A DNA stretch of 64,000 nt from positions 640,001-704,000 of the forward strand of contig OZ240219.1 in the NCBI GenBank assembly GCA_965197645.1. The letters run 5' to 3'. The position numbers and the translations under genes are program-made. The stretch comes from Dehalococcoidia bacterium. GTDB taxonomy: Bacteria; Chloroflexota; Dehalococcoidia; Plut-88900. Below, in pieces: positions 48,571-58,557 of this stretch (its first letter is position 1; each line of letters opens with the position of its first letter). Under the pieces are notes generated by a model, which was given only the letters and a program-made list of their open reading frames with translations, ran no database searches and was not told where the DNA came from.

Positions 48571-49701
48571 TCAGTTCTGCCCATCGGTCCTGGTGGGTTC
48601 CGCCTCCGAGGCCGGCCGAAACGGGTCCGGAGAGGCGCCGTCCGAAGGGTATACCACTTTCCTCACCGGGTAGTTGATCTCTATCCCCTCCTTGGTGAAG
48701 CGTTTGTGGATCCTCCGGATGAGCTGGTCCTTGAGGAGAAACTGCCCGATGAAGTTCCGGGCGCGAAAGATGACGATGAAATTGATGTTGGAGTCCCCGA
48801 ACTCCCTCATCCTCACTATCGGCTCGTACTCCAGGTCCGCCGCTTCCGGATTCTCCTGCAGGACCTTGTTCGTCACCTCGATGGCCACCTCCGCAACCTG
48901 GTCCAGGTCGCTCTCGTAGCTGACTCCACACTCCACCCTGGACATCACCGCCGGGTCTGGGCCCTGGACGTTAGTCACTATGGAATCGGCCAGGTGACTG
49001 TTGGGAATGATTATCAGGTTGTTGAAGAAGTCCCTGATCTTGGTGGTCCGCCAACCCACCTCTTCCACCCAGCCCGATGGCCCGCCGTCCATCTCGATGT
49101 AGTCGCCGGCGCCTATGCGACTCTCCGTCACCGTATAGGTGCCCGCAAACAGGTTGGAGAGAGTCGGTTGAACTGCCAGAGCCACAGCCAGGCCGCCTAT
49201 ACCCAGGCCCGCCAGCAGAGGACTGATGTTCAGGCCCTGCGCCTGCAGCACCAGGAGGACCGCGACGGATATTATCGATAGATCGACGAACCGCTTGGCA
49301 ATGGGCAGTACCCGCTCGTCCCAGCTGGTGGTCGTCTTGTGCGCCATCTCGGCGCCGTACCAGGTCAGGAGCGCGCCCACGACCCGCTTGATCCCGTAGC
49401 AGACTATCAGGATTTCCGCGGATATCAGACCCCTGTCCAGCTGGTCCTGGTAATCGTCCAGGTAGGTGGTAGCGCTCAGAGCGGTATATGGACCGAACAC
49501 CAGCACGAATATGAACAGCGGCCCGCCGACCGCCTTGATGATCCGATCGTCCAGCGTGTTGCCCGTTCGGGCCATTAGCTGGGCCAGGACCTTATTGAAG
49601 ATGAACCATACGATGAAGGCGACCACCAGCGAGGCCCCAAAGATCGCCGCGCCGAAGATCGCCTCCCATCCCGGTTCACCTTTTGCGAAATCTGGCAACA
49701 T
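48571..49701 (-). CDS. MscS-family mechanosensitive channel
   Basis: LLAGLGIGGLAVALAVQPTLSNLFAG, GDYI, GWRTTKIR, IPNS, FGDS. Confidence 0.93.
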   Translation of the reverse strand: MLPDFAKGEPGWEAIFGAAIFGASLVVAFIVWFIFNKVLAQLMARTGNTLDDRIIKAVGGPLFIFVLVFGPYTALSATTYLDDYQDQLDRGLISAEILIVCYGIKRVVGALLTWYGAEMAHKTTTSWDERVLPIAKRFVDLSIISVAVLLVLQAQGLNISPLLAGLGIGGLAVALAVQPTLSNLFAGTYTVTESRIGAGDYIEMDGGPSGWVEEVGWRTTKIRDFFNNLIIIPNSHLADSIVTNVQGPDPAVMSRVECGVSYESDLDQVAEVAIEVTNKVLQENPEAADLEYEPIVRMREFGDSNINFIVIFRARNFIGQFLLKDQLIRRIHKRFTKEGIEINYPVRKVVYPSDGASPDPFRPASEAEPTRTDGQN

Positions 49702-49737
49702 GAGCCGTATCCTCCGGCGGGAAGTATTATATATGTC

Positions 49738-49820
49738 GCCTTGACAAAGATAAAATGGGCCTTGGCAAAGACAACATGGGCCCTAGCAAAGATAATATCG
49801 CCCTGGTAAAGATAGAATGC
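49738..49820 (+). repeat. four tandem ~21-bp direct repeats in a divergent intergenic region
   Basis: GCCTTGACAAAGATAAAATGG / GCCTTGGCAAAGACAACATGG / GCCCTAGCAAAGATAATATC / GCCCTGGTAAAGATAGAATGC. Confidence 0.85.
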
Positions 49821-49898
49821 CGGTGTTTACCCAGGTATGCGATGGACGTTAGAATAGGGCCGGTACCAACTAACCCATTCTGATAGGAAGGTCGATCA

Positions 49899-50435
49899 GT
49901 GTTGGAACCAAGCTACGAATTCGGTCCGGTGTCCAGGCTGGATGCCGAGGCTATCGGCGAGCCCGGCAGACGCACCTTCAGGCTACTGATAGACTCTCCC
50001 GGCGGCTCCGCCATACTCTGGATAGAGAAGGAGCAGCTGCTGGAGTTGAGCCTCTCCATCAAGAGGGCCCTGGGCATGCTGGAGATGGAGCAGGAGGCCG
50101 GGCCACCTCGGACCAAGCCCCCCGCCCAGAGCGAGGACAGCCTCGGTGGCGAGCCTGTAGAGTTCAAGATCGGCAAGCAGGCGATAGAGTACGACAAGGG
50201 AGCGGAACTCTTCCGCTTCTGGAACCACGACATCGAAGAAGAGGACCAGGACCGCGCTAGGCTGGTCTTCGAAGCGACGAGAGAGCAGGTAACGCGCCTC
50301 TCGGACCACGCCCTGAGCGTCTGCGCCGCCGGTCGCCCCATCTGCCCTCTATGCCACACACCTATCGATCCCGAAGGCCACTTCTGCGCTCGCTCCAACG
50401 GTCACCCGGCCGATGCCAATGAGAGGCTGGAATAG
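49899..50435 (+). CDS. DUF3090 family protein
   Basis: AIGEPGRRTF, EKEQL, C-terminal AGRPICPLC..PIDPEGHFCARSNGH. Confidence 0.88.
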   Translation: MLEPSYEFGPVSRLDAEAIGEPGRRTFRLLIDSPGGSAILWIEKEQLLELSLSIKRALGMLEMEQEAGPPRTKPPAQSEDSLGGEPVEFKIGKQAIEYDKGAELFRFWNHDIEEEDQDRARLVFEATREQVTRLSDHALSVCAAGRPICPLCHTPIDPEGHFCARSNGHPADANERLE

Positions 50436-50437
50436 GA

Positions 50438-51217
50438 TTGAGCCCCGGCGCATCGAAAAGGCCCCGGGACCTGAAGGGGGGCGTCGATGCCCTTGACCCC
50501 ACCCGCCACCCCGAGATATGCCGCCTGCTCAGCCAGTCATCCTCCGATACCTGTGACCTCGTGCCGCGAGGGTCCAACTACACCTTCCTCGTCAAGCTAT
50601 CGATTAACGGGGATCGGCTGGGACACGGCATCTATAAGCCCAGCAAGGGCGAACGGCCCCTCTGGGACTTCCCCTTCGGCTCTCTATACAAGCGGGAGTA
50701 CGCCGCCTACCTCCTCAGCGAGGCCCTTGGATGGCACATCGTTCCCCCCACCACCCTTTGGGAAGGGCCTCACGGCATCGGCTCCCTTCAGATGTTCATC
50801 AACAACGAACCCGGCATAACCTACTTCCAGCTTCGAGAGACCAACGTCCCCGAGTGCAAACGGGTGGCCGCTTTCGATAGCATGCTGAACAACGCCGATA
50901 GGAAGGGCGGCCACACCATCAAGGACCTGAACGGTCGGGTCTGGTCCATCGACCACGGCCTCAGTTTCAACGTGGAGCACAAGCTGAGGACCGTGATATG
51001 GGACTTTGCCGGCGATGCGATTGCCCCCGAGAGCATCCAGGGCATTCAGCGGGCGCACACCAGCTTCGATGGCCCAGACGGCCTCGCCGGGGTGCTGCAT
51101 GACGTGCTGGACGAGATGGAGATCGAAGCGCTGCATCAGCGCATGGCCAACCTGGTCGAAGACCCCCACCTGCCCTACCCCACCTCCCGTTGGGACGTGC
51201 CCTGGCCCCTGGTCTAA
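50438..51217 (+). CDS. SCO1664 family PI3/4-kinase-like protein
   Basis: GSNYTF, YKP..GERPLWDFP, REYAAY, NNADRKGGH, IDHGL, KLRTVIW. Confidence 0.9.
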   Translation: MSPGASKRPRDLKGGVDALDPTRHPEICRLLSQSSSDTCDLVPRGSNYTFLVKLSINGDRLGHGIYKPSKGERPLWDFPFGSLYKREYAAYLLSEALGWHIVPPTTLWEGPHGIGSLQMFINNEPGITYFQLRETNVPECKRVAAFDSMLNNADRKGGHTIKDLNGRVWSIDHGLSFNVEHKLRTVIWDFAGDAIAPESIQGIQRAHTSFDGPDGLAGVLHDVLDEMEIEALHQRMANLVEDPHLPYPTSRWDVPWPLV

Positions 51218-51244
51218 CAGGGCGCCGAAAAACCATTTCGCGAC

Positions 51245-51372
51245 CATCCCCCTGCCCCCCTTCCTGGCCAGGAAGGGGGCTGAAGAAGAGATTATTTCTG
51301 AGGGACACCCTCAGACTCCCGGCCCCTAGCAGGCAGTCCCAGAAATACGCTTCGCCCCTCTGCACACCCCAT
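51245..51372. repeat. mosaic intergenic repeat between convergent genes
   Basis: CCCCCTTCCTGG-CCAGGAAGGGGG and CTGAGGG-ACA-CCCTCAG hairpins plus a reverse family C module. Confidence 0.7.
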
Positions 51373-51395
51373 ATTTCATTAGCCTGCCGAGCCTT

Positions 51396-52181
51396 TCAGC
51401 TCAGCTCCATGATCGAACGTACAGCGGTGTAGACCGCCAGGGCAAGCACCATAACGGCAAACCCCCGTGTGAGCGCCGCGGTGGTCAGTTTCCCCGCCAC
51501 CAGAGAGCCGGCGCCCACTCCCACCAGTCCCGCCGCGCCGAAGGGTAGGATCACCTCCCACGGCAGGGACTCGGTGTCCAGGCGGGACAGCAAGGCGGCC
51601 ACAGAGTTGATCACCGTCACCAGAAGCGCCGTGCCGATAGCCTCGTGGATGGCATACCCTAGTACGAAGATCAGAGCGGGCACGATGATGAACCCGGCGC
51701 CTATCCCGTAGAATCCCGTTACGAACCCGACGGCGGACCCGGCGGCGACCACCTTCAGCACGACCGGAGCAGAGGCGAGAGCCACTTTGTTCCCATCGCC
51801 TACGTCATGGCCTCTATCAACCGGGACTGGGCGTGACCTGGCTATCGCTCCTGCGGCCAGGACCATTAACCCAGCGAGGGAGAGAAGCAGCACGTCCGGG
51901 TCTAGGGCCCGGTTGAGAAATGAGCCGCCCACCGATGCCCCCACCCCCGCCATGCCAAAAACGCTGCCCGAGGCGAACCGCACCCGGCCGGCCCTCGAGT
52001 AGATCGCCATGCCGGCCAGAGACACGAGGCCTACCACTATCAGCGACACTGTGACCGCCTCTCTGGCCTCCAGGCCCGCCAGGTAGACGAGGAGCGGCAC
52101 CGCGATGATCGATCCGCCGGCGCCCAAGGCGCCTTGGGCAACACCGATAGTCAGCCCGAGAGGTACGGTCAACCACTCCAT
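51396..52181 (-). CDS. TauE/SafE (TSUP) family exporter
   Basis: GALGAGGSIIAVP and GFYGIGAGFIIVP duplicated halves; multiple TM segments. Confidence 0.9.
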   Translation of the reverse strand: MEWLTVPLGLTIGVAQGALGAGGSIIAVPLLVYLAGLEAREAVTVSLIVVGLVSLAGMAIYSRAGRVRFASGSVFGMAGVGASVGGSFLNRALDPDVLLLSLAGLMVLAAGAIARSRPVPVDRGHDVGDGNKVALASAPVVLKVVAAGSAVGFVTGFYGIGAGFIIVPALIFVLGYAIHEAIGTALLVTVINSVAALLSRLDTESLPWEVILPFGAAGLVGVGAGSLVAGKLTTAALTRGFAVMVLALAVYTAVRSIMELS

Positions 52182-52311
52182 ATGACCGCCCAGCGTCCCG
52201 GCAGTTCGGCGTGGGCTAACCGTACCAAGCTCGTTCCGGCACTACGGATGGACCCTCACCTCCCGGCGGAATCCCCTGTCAACGAGCACACGGAGACGGG
52301 TGGAGCCTGGT

Positions 52312-53544
52312 TCATGTCTCGTCAGGGCTCCAAACCCGCCCGCCCTTGACCGTCATAGCGGCCGTGATTCGCTGGTCGCAATGAATGGGCACCCCGTCGG
52401 TATCCTTGGTCATGAAGTCTCCCCGCTCCAGGTCCAGCACCGCCGCGTCCCCCTCCGCTCCCACCCGTAACGTTCCCAGGGTGTCCGACAGGCCCATAGC
52501 CGCGGCCGCGTTGCACGTGGTAGCGGCGATCACCTCTTCCAGGGACATCCCCATCGCCATGTAGGGTGTCATCACCTCCGGCAGCGTGTAGACCAAGGCG
52601 TCCGTGCCCGGATTCAGCTTTTCGTAGAAGCTCTGCTTGGTTATGTCGGTGCTGATGGTCGATGGCAGGATGCCCTGCTTGATAGCCGGCCTGGAGATGT
52701 CCTTGGCGAAGTATCCCGCGCCGATATCGAAGACGATTCCCTTCGATTTGGCCTCCTTCACCTCGCTGCGCACCCTGCCGTTTTCGTCCAGGATGTTGTT
52801 CTCGGCGCTGTGAAATATGTGGGTCACTATGTCGCCCGGCCGCAGCTCGTCGAACACCTGGGCCAGGGGCACCGGTATCCGGGCGACGTGCACCATGATG
52901 AAGCTGTCCGTCATCTCAGCCACCTGGCGTGCCCGTCTCAACGCCTCCTTAATGTTGTCGCCTCCGCTGATGTTGATGTCCAGCCGGATTTTCACCCCCA
53001 GCGCGATATTGGGATTGTCCTTGATGCACTGCACCGCCTCCTCCACCTGGGCGAACCTGAGGTCCATCAGCTCGCCGGCGCTTTCCGCTGGAAGCAGCGT
53101 TTTCGGCCCGCCGCTGATCACCACCGTCGGCCCGAACCCTCCGTGCCGCTGCTCGTGAAGCATCCCCAGCGCTGAAAGGTTGACCAGTGCCAGCAGCCGG
53201 GTCTTCTCCCGCTTGACAATGTACTCCCGAAAGCCATCGAAGTGGGTCCACCCCGAGCTGCCCGCGTCCAGAGTGGTGGTCACTCCGTTGGGCAGGCACA
53301 CCTGGTCGGCGGCGATGGAGAAGGGGACTATATGCTCGAAGTAGTGGCCGTGTATGTCGATCAGCCCGGGCGTTACCAGCTTCCCCGATACGTCCACGGT
53401 TTCCCGGGCCTCCTCGCCGGGGATGCCGGCCTCCACTGCCGCAACCTTGCCGCCTTTAAAGGCTACGTCTCGCACCCCGCGAAGGTGCTGACTGGGATCG
53501 ATAACCTCGCCGCCCTTTAGCAGAAGGTCGTATTTTGGGGCCAT
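52312..53544 (-). CDS. amidohydrolase/deacetylase family metallo-hydrolase (dihydroorotase-like)
   Basis: PGLIDIHGH, GVTTTLDAGS, GVK, MVH, GDIVTH, ISTD. Confidence 0.88.
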   Translation of the reverse strand: MAPKYDLLLKGGEVIDPSQHLRGVRDVAFKGGKVAAVEAGIPGEEARETVDVSGKLVTPGLIDIHGHYFEHIVPFSIAADQVCLPNGVTTTLDAGSSGWTHFDGFREYIVKREKTRLLALVNLSALGMLHEQRHGGFGPTVVISGGPKTLLPAESAGELMDLRFAQVEEAVQCIKDNPNIALGVKIRLDINISGGDNIKEALRRARQVAEMTDSFIMVHVARIPVPLAQVFDELRPGDIVTHIFHSAENNILDENGRVRSEVKEAKSKGIVFDIGAGYFAKDISRPAIKQGILPSTISTDITKQSFYEKLNPGTDALVYTLPEVMTPYMAMGMSLEEVIAATTCNAAAAMGLSDTLGTLRVGAEGDAAVLDLERGDFMTKDTDGVPIHCDQRITAAMTVKGGRVWSPDET

Positions 53545-53569
53545 TGAATGCCTCCCATGCGCTGGTTCG

Positions 53570-54487
53570 CTAGCCTTTCAGGCGTCGCTTGAGCCTGGTG
53601 AACCAGCCAGGTACCAGCAGTCTCGAAAGGTACCCCACCAGCTCGGCGTCCCCCACCAGGACCGGTTTCCTCCAGTTTCGGGGGTGCTTTGGGTCTTTGG
53701 GGTCGGTGGGACTATCGGTGGGGAAGGGCTCAGAGAATCGCCAGATGCTCCTGCGCCAGTCGTAGGTGAGGTTGGCGCCCCCGGCCTCGTTGATCAGCGC
53801 CATGCCACCGGCCACGTCCCAGATGCCGGGCCAGGAGAACAGGGAGTACTGGAGCATCCCGGATGCGGTGACCGCCATCTCGTAGGCGATACTCCCCAGG
53901 TTTCGGCCCTCTCCCAGGGGCGTCTCGGGCCCCGCCTTCTGGTGGAACCTTCGTCTGAACATCAACGGCATGATCATCAGCTGTCCGGGCTGGGGCGCCG
54001 GGTTGTTTCGCACCCGGATTCGCTCTCCATCCCTGAACGCCCCTCCACCGAGCCGGGCATGGTACAACGAACCCTCGGCTCTTCCCGAAAACGGCGTCCA
54101 GATACTTCCCACCACCGGGTGCCCCTTGTACAGCACCCCGATGGAGACCGCGTATATGGGGAAGCCGTTCAGGAAGTTGACGGTGCCGTCCAGGGGGTCC
54201 AGCACCCAGAGGAAATCGGCGTCGGGTGCGCCGGTGTCGGTCCCCTCTTCACCCAGGACCCGGTGGTCGGGAAACTTAGAGGAAATGGTTGACTTGAGGT
54301 ACTCCTCGCTCTCCTTGTCGGCCTGGGATACCGGGTTGGTCTTATCGTCCGACTTGAACTCCACGTCTATCGACTTGCCGAAGTGCCCTGTAAGGATGCG
54401 TCCCGCCTTTACCGCCATTTCGGTGGCCAGGGACTCCAGCCGGCTCAGCGTCTCGGTGTCAGGCTGTGGGGTCGGATCACTCTGCAA
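53570..54487 (-). CDS. inositol monophosphatase family protein
   Basis: ADKESE, LGEE, WVLDPLDGTVNF, WDVAGG. Confidence 0.9.
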   Translation of the reverse strand: MQSDPTPQPDTETLSRLESLATEMAVKAGRILTGHFGKSIDVEFKSDDKTNPVSQADKESEEYLKSTISSKFPDHRVLGEEGTDTGAPDADFLWVLDPLDGTVNFLNGFPIYAVSIGVLYKGHPVVGSIWTPFSGRAEGSLYHARLGGGAFRDGERIRVRNNPAPQPGQLMIMPLMFRRRFHQKAGPETPLGEGRNLGSIAYEMAVTASGMLQYSLFSWPGIWDVAGGMALINEAGGANLTYDWRRSIWRFSEPFPTDSPTDPKDPKHPRNWRKPVLVGDAELVGYLSRLLVPGWFTRLKRRLKG

Positions 54488-54947
54488 GGCAGCTCTTCAG
54501 CAGTTCTAGCGCGGCCGTCGCAGCGCTGCATCGATTGGAAGCCCGGTCGCCTTCGAAGTGGTGCTCGCGGCAAACCTGCCGGTCTCCGGGGCCCACCAGG
54601 GCCGTGAAGAACAGGCCCACCGGTTTTGCCGCCGTGCCCCCTTCGGGGCCCATGACGCCCGTGGTGCCCAGCGCCAGGTCAGACTCGAGCAGGTCTCTTA
54701 CCCCCTTTGCCATCGCAATGGCAGTCTCTTCAGACACCGAGCCCTCTCTGATCATCAGGTCCCTGGGCACGTTCAGCACCTTCTCCTTGACCTCGTTGGA
54801 GTAGGAAAGCACGCCGCCGACGAAGTACCGGGAGCTGCCAGGGACGCCGGTCAATCTGTACGCCAGGAGTCCCGAGGTACAGGCCTCGGCCACCGAGACG
54901 GTCAGGTTTCTCGCTGTAAGCGTGGACGCTACCTCTTCTTCCAGCAT
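54477..54947 (-). CDS. CinA C-terminal / PncC-like protein (catalytic Ser apparently replaced by Ala)
   Basis: AEACTSG, PGSSRYF, YSNEVK, GSVS, TGVMGP.GGT..KPVG. Confidence 0.85.
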   Translation of the reverse strand: MLEEEVASTLTARNLTVSVAEACTSGLLAYRLTGVPGSSRYFVGGVLSYSNEVKEKVLNVPRDLMIREGSVSEETAIAMAKGVRDLLESDLALGTTGVMGPEGGTAAKPVGLFFTALVGPGDRQVCREHHFEGDRASNRCSAATAALELLKSCLAE

Positions 54948-55043
54948 CAAGTGCGGTACCTTTGGTAAGTTGGAGAACGACCTGTGCCGATTATAGTCCC
55001 GGCCGCGATTTCTGACCACATCTCGGCTTGCGGCGACGCCCAC

Positions 55044-55280
55044 AAGAGGCTGTTTCAGAAAGGCGGATGTCTTCGTCCCACCCACCCGACCTCCAATGTC
55101 ATTCCGAAACGGAGCGCAGCATAATGAGGAATCTATAGTCCATGCCCTCAGCCCACCGTGCACCGACGAGCCTAACGGCTCATACGTGCGATCCCGTGAT
55201 CCTGGGGAGCCTCCGACGGAATCGGGCCGCGACCCCCAACAAGCCCCTTAGATTCCTCACTGCGTTCGGAATGACATCCA
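55044..55280. repeat. REP-like family B inverted pair
   Basis: ATGTCATTCCGAA...TGAGGAATCT (55096-55134) faces AGATTCCTCACTGCGTTCGGAATGACAT (~55250-55277); 55223-55278 is nearly identical to 63942-63997. Confidence 0.8.
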
Positions 55281-55317
55281 AGCTGCATAGGTGGCATGGT
55301 CGTAATGTGAACGGGCC

Positions 55318-55929
55318 CTAGCCGCCTACCTCCACACGGATGTCCGTCGGGGCGCCCGAGTTGGTGTCGTTCTGGTCCTGGGGGCAGGCGGAGACGCAGA
55401 CGTAGGAGTCCATGTCCGCCCGGATTATCACGTAGTCGCCGGGCTGGGTCTGAGGCGCCGCGATTCCCATCGAACCGTCGGGGTTGACCGGGAAGTTGGT
55501 GAACAGGTTGACCGGCTGGGGTATCTCGACCCCTGCCACTCCGATCGCCTCCATCTCCTTCTGCAGGTTCTCCTCGCAGCTGGCGTGCCATCCCTCCACC
55601 CCCAGCTCCCGATACCGGCTCGGGTTGCAGGCGGCGAACAGCAGGTCGTGGATCCCCGGACTGTGGTCCTCCACCAGCGTCATGATGGGCCGGCGCTCCT
55701 GGGTATAGAACCCGTCGCCCTCTATGGGGAAGAGCCGGTTGATGGACGGCCTCGTGTGCTCTGCGCTCAGGTACTCCCTGATGTTCTCGACGTTGAAGGC
55801 GAAGAAATCGACTGCCTGGCCACCCTCCGAGTCGATCACCTTGATCAGCTCCCCTTCGCTCACCCTGAACGCCCTGCCCGTTCGAGCGGGAACGTCGTGG
55901 TCCAGCCGTATCTTCGATAGCTCCGTCAT
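55318..55929 (-). CDS. DUF1989 (urea carboxylase-associated) family protein
   Basis: GGQAVDF, LSAEHT, HDLLFAAC, HASCEENL, PVNLFTN, SACPQD. Confidence 0.88.
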   Translation of the reverse strand: MTELSKIRLDHDVPARTGRAFRVSEGELIKVIDSEGGQAVDFFAFNVENIREYLSAEHTRPSINRLFPIEGDGFYTQERRPIMTLVEDHSPGIHDLLFAACNPSRYRELGVEGWHASCEENLQKEMEAIGVAGVEIPQPVNLFTNFPVNPDGSMGIAAPQTQPGDYVIIRADMDSYVCVSACPQDQNDTNSGAPTDIRVEVGG

Positions 55930-55968
55930 GGTTGCTCCTCCACTATCTCTCATGGGGCTCCAGGGACT

Positions 55969-57222
55969 CTAGCCGGCCACTTCACACACGTCCAGCGCGG
56001 TATGGGCCAGCACCTTGGCGCACTGCACCATCTCGCTGATGTTGACGTAGTTGTCCGGCTCCTCTTCCCCGGCGTATATGCCGCCCGGCCCGTAGAGCAG
56101 GCACGGTATGCCCGCCTTCCACAGATGGCACGTGTCGTCGCCGGAGTAGGCCAGCGGTAGGACGGTGCCCACCTGCTTCGGGGCCGATCCCACCACCTGC
56201 GAATAGTTGCTCACTACCCGCTGCACGAAGGGGTGATCCGTCGGTATGTCGAAGGGCTCCATCACCAGCCAACGAGAGCTGCGGAAGCTTCGAGGCACCG
56301 GTATCTCCACCTCGTACTTCAGGTCCGGGTCCTCCCGGGTCAGCGGCTCCAGCGTGCGATGGATGTCCGCCACAATGGAGTCCACCGTCTGACCGTGGAC
56401 GAAATGGACGTCGATTATCGCCGTGCAAAAATCGGACACCAGGTACGGGTCGACGAGATCGTACTCCGGCCCCCGGCCGCCTATGACCGCGCCCACCTGA
56501 AGTATGGGCATCTTGGGCAGGTCCGGACGGGGCGTATGCGTCAGTTCGATGCCCCGCAGGGCCTTAGTCACCTTCTCCATCTTCTCTATGGCGTCGATGG
56601 CCCCGGTCAGGTTGCTCAAGTGCTTCGAGTAGCCGTAGGTGTGGACAGCCATGTGGACGATGCCGCAGTGGACGGTGGCGATGCTGTCCCCGCCGAAGGG
56701 CTCGGTGACGATGGCGTAGTCGGTTCTCAAGCCCTGCTCCAGCATGTGGTGAGTGCCCTCGCCACCCGCCAGCTCCCCGACCACGCAGGCCAGGACCAGG
56801 TCGCCCTTGAGCTGCACCTTGGACGTGCGTATCGCCTCGGCGGCGGCGATCTGGGTGGCTACGCCGCCCTTCATGTTGAAGGTGCCTGCGCCGTAGAAAC
56901 GGTCCCCTTCTATGGACGGCGTCCACGGGTCTCGCTTCCAACCCCGGCTGAGCTCGTCGATATCGATGTGGCCGTTGAGCATCAGGCTCTCGCCCCCGCC
57001 GGCGCCCTTGAGGGTGGCGATGGTCTGGTACCGGCCGGGCTCCACCTCCTGCAGCTCCACCTGGTACCCGCGACGCTTGAGCAGGTTGCCGATGTACCGG
57101 GCAACGGCCGTCTCTTCGTTCTTGAAGCTGGGGATCCTTACGATCCGGCCCAACAGGTCCAGCATGGCCCCCTTGTCCCGCTCCACCCTGCCGACAACCT
57201 TATCGGCTATGCCTTGGTCCAT
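55969..57222 (-). CDS. M20 (ArgE/DapE-like) metallo-hydrolase, non-canonical ligands (paralog 3)
   Basis: LNGHIDIDE, YGAGTFNMKGG, VGELAGG, TEP, YSGDDTCHL. Confidence 0.9.
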   Translation of the reverse strand: MDQGIADKVVGRVERDKGAMLDLLGRIVRIPSFKNEETAVARYIGNLLKRRGYQVELQEVEPGRYQTIATLKGAGGGESLMLNGHIDIDELSRGWKRDPWTPSIEGDRFYGAGTFNMKGGVATQIAAAEAIRTSKVQLKGDLVLACVVGELAGGEGTHHMLEQGLRTDYAIVTEPFGGDSIATVHCGIVHMAVHTYGYSKHLSNLTGAIDAIEKMEKVTKALRGIELTHTPRPDLPKMPILQVGAVIGGRGPEYDLVDPYLVSDFCTAIIDVHFVHGQTVDSIVADIHRTLEPLTREDPDLKYEVEIPVPRSFRSSRWLVMEPFDIPTDHPFVQRVVSNYSQVVGSAPKQVGTVLPLAYSGDDTCHLWKAGIPCLLYGPGGIYAGEEEPDNYVNISEMVQCAKVLAHTALDVCEVAG

Positions 57223-57315
57223 TTTCGTCTCCTATCCGCCCGTTTGTTCCGAGGAAGTCCGTCACAGTACCGGGACTAAGAACCCGGTCGGGGTCTAAGC
57301 TCAATGCCGCCTCGT

Positions 57316-58557
57316 CTACTCTTGATTGCACGCCTCGTAAGCCGCAAGAGCGATAACCTTGGCGCACGTGTCCATCTGATCGATGCTGACGTAGTTGTCG
57401 GGCTCATCGCCGTCATCCCAACCCCCCGCCGGCCCGTAGAGCACGCAGGGTATCCCCGCCTTCCACAGGTGGGCCGTGTCGTTGCCCGAGTAGGAATCGG
57501 GCGCTTTGACCCCTATGGTAGACGGCGGGCTCCCGGTAACCTCTTCTACCTTGCGAGCCACCAGCTGGGGAAGGTACCCCTCGGTGGGCATGTTCATAGG
57601 TTCCATGGAGACCCGGGCCACGCCGTAGTTGGCGGGCGGCGGGCACTCTATCTCGTAGCGGAAGTCCCGGTCCTCGGCCTTGATGGCGTCCAGCGCCTTG
57701 CGGACGTCGGCTATAACCATCTCCTCCGTCTGTCCCGGCACGGCCCGGGCATCTACCAGCGCCGTGCAGAAATCGCTGACGAAGTTGGTGCCGTTCATCA
57801 CGTGGTCCCGTCCCAGCCCCCCGATGATTCCCCCCACCATGATGCGCGGCAGGGTCGGCAGGTCCGGGAAGGGCGGATGGCTCAGCTCCAGGCTGTTTAT
57901 CGCTGCGACCACCCTGGACATCTTACCTATGGCGTCGATGCCCTCCTCCTTCTGGCTCACGTGGCGGGAGTCTCCGAAGACGTTGATCGCCATCTGGATC
58001 CACCCTGCGTGAACGGTGAGGATCGATTCAGGGCCGTAGGGCTCGGGCACGATGGCCATGTCGGGCCGGGGGCCCCTCTCCAGCGCGGTGACCGTTCCGA
58101 TGCCGCCCTGCAGCTCGCCCGCCACGCAGGCGATGGTCAGATCACCCTTGAGCTCCAGCTTCGACTTTCGCAACGCTTCGGCGGCCCCTATCATCGAGGC
58201 GATGCCGCCCTTCATGTTGTAGGAACCGGCCCCGTACACCCTGTCCCCCTCGACGCTGGGGTGCCACGGGTCCCGGGTCCAGCCCATGGCCAGCGGATCG
58301 ATGTCGATGTGGCCGTTGAGCATCACCCGCTTTCCTGCGCCGGAGCCTTTCAGGGTAGCGATGGTCTGGAACCGGCCCGGGTCGACCTCCTGCAGCTCCA
58401 CCTCGTAGCCCCTGCGCCGGAAGAAACCGGCGAGGAAGCGTGCTACCGCCGTCTCCTCGGTTTTGAAGCTGGGTATCTTGATCAGCTTCTGCGCCAGATC
58501 CACCAGGAAGTCCCGTTTGATATGTCTGGTTATTCTATTTGCGGTATCGTCGGCCAT
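57316..58557 (-). CDS. M20 (ArgE/DapE-like) metallo-hydrolase, non-canonical ligands (paralog 4)
   Basis: LNGHIDIDP, YGAGSYNMKGG, AGELQGG, PEP, YSGNDTAHL. Confidence 0.9.
   Translation of the reverse strand: MADDTANRITRHIKRDFLVDLAQKLIKIPSFKTEETAVARFLAGFFRRRGYEVELQEVDPGRFQTIATLKGSGAGKRVMLNGHIDIDPLAMGWTRDPWHPSVEGDRVYGAGSYNMKGGIASMIGAAEALRKSKLELKGDLTIACVAGELQGGIGTVTALERGPRPDMAIVPEPYGPESILTVHAGWIQMAINVFGDSRHVSQKEEGIDAIGKMSRVVAAINSLELSHPPFPDLPTLPRIMVGGIIGGLGRDHVMNGTNFVSDFCTALVDARAVPGQTEEMVIADVRKALDAIKAEDRDFRYEIECPPPANYGVARVSMEPMNMPTEGYLPQLVARKVEEVTGSPPSTIGVKAPDSYSGNDTAHLWKAGIPCVLYGPAGGWDDGDEPDNYVSIDQMDTCAKVIALAAYEACNQE

Noticed and set aside
49738-49820. Possible CRISPR array
   Set aside because: Units are contiguous and degenerate, with no unique spacers and no cas genes.
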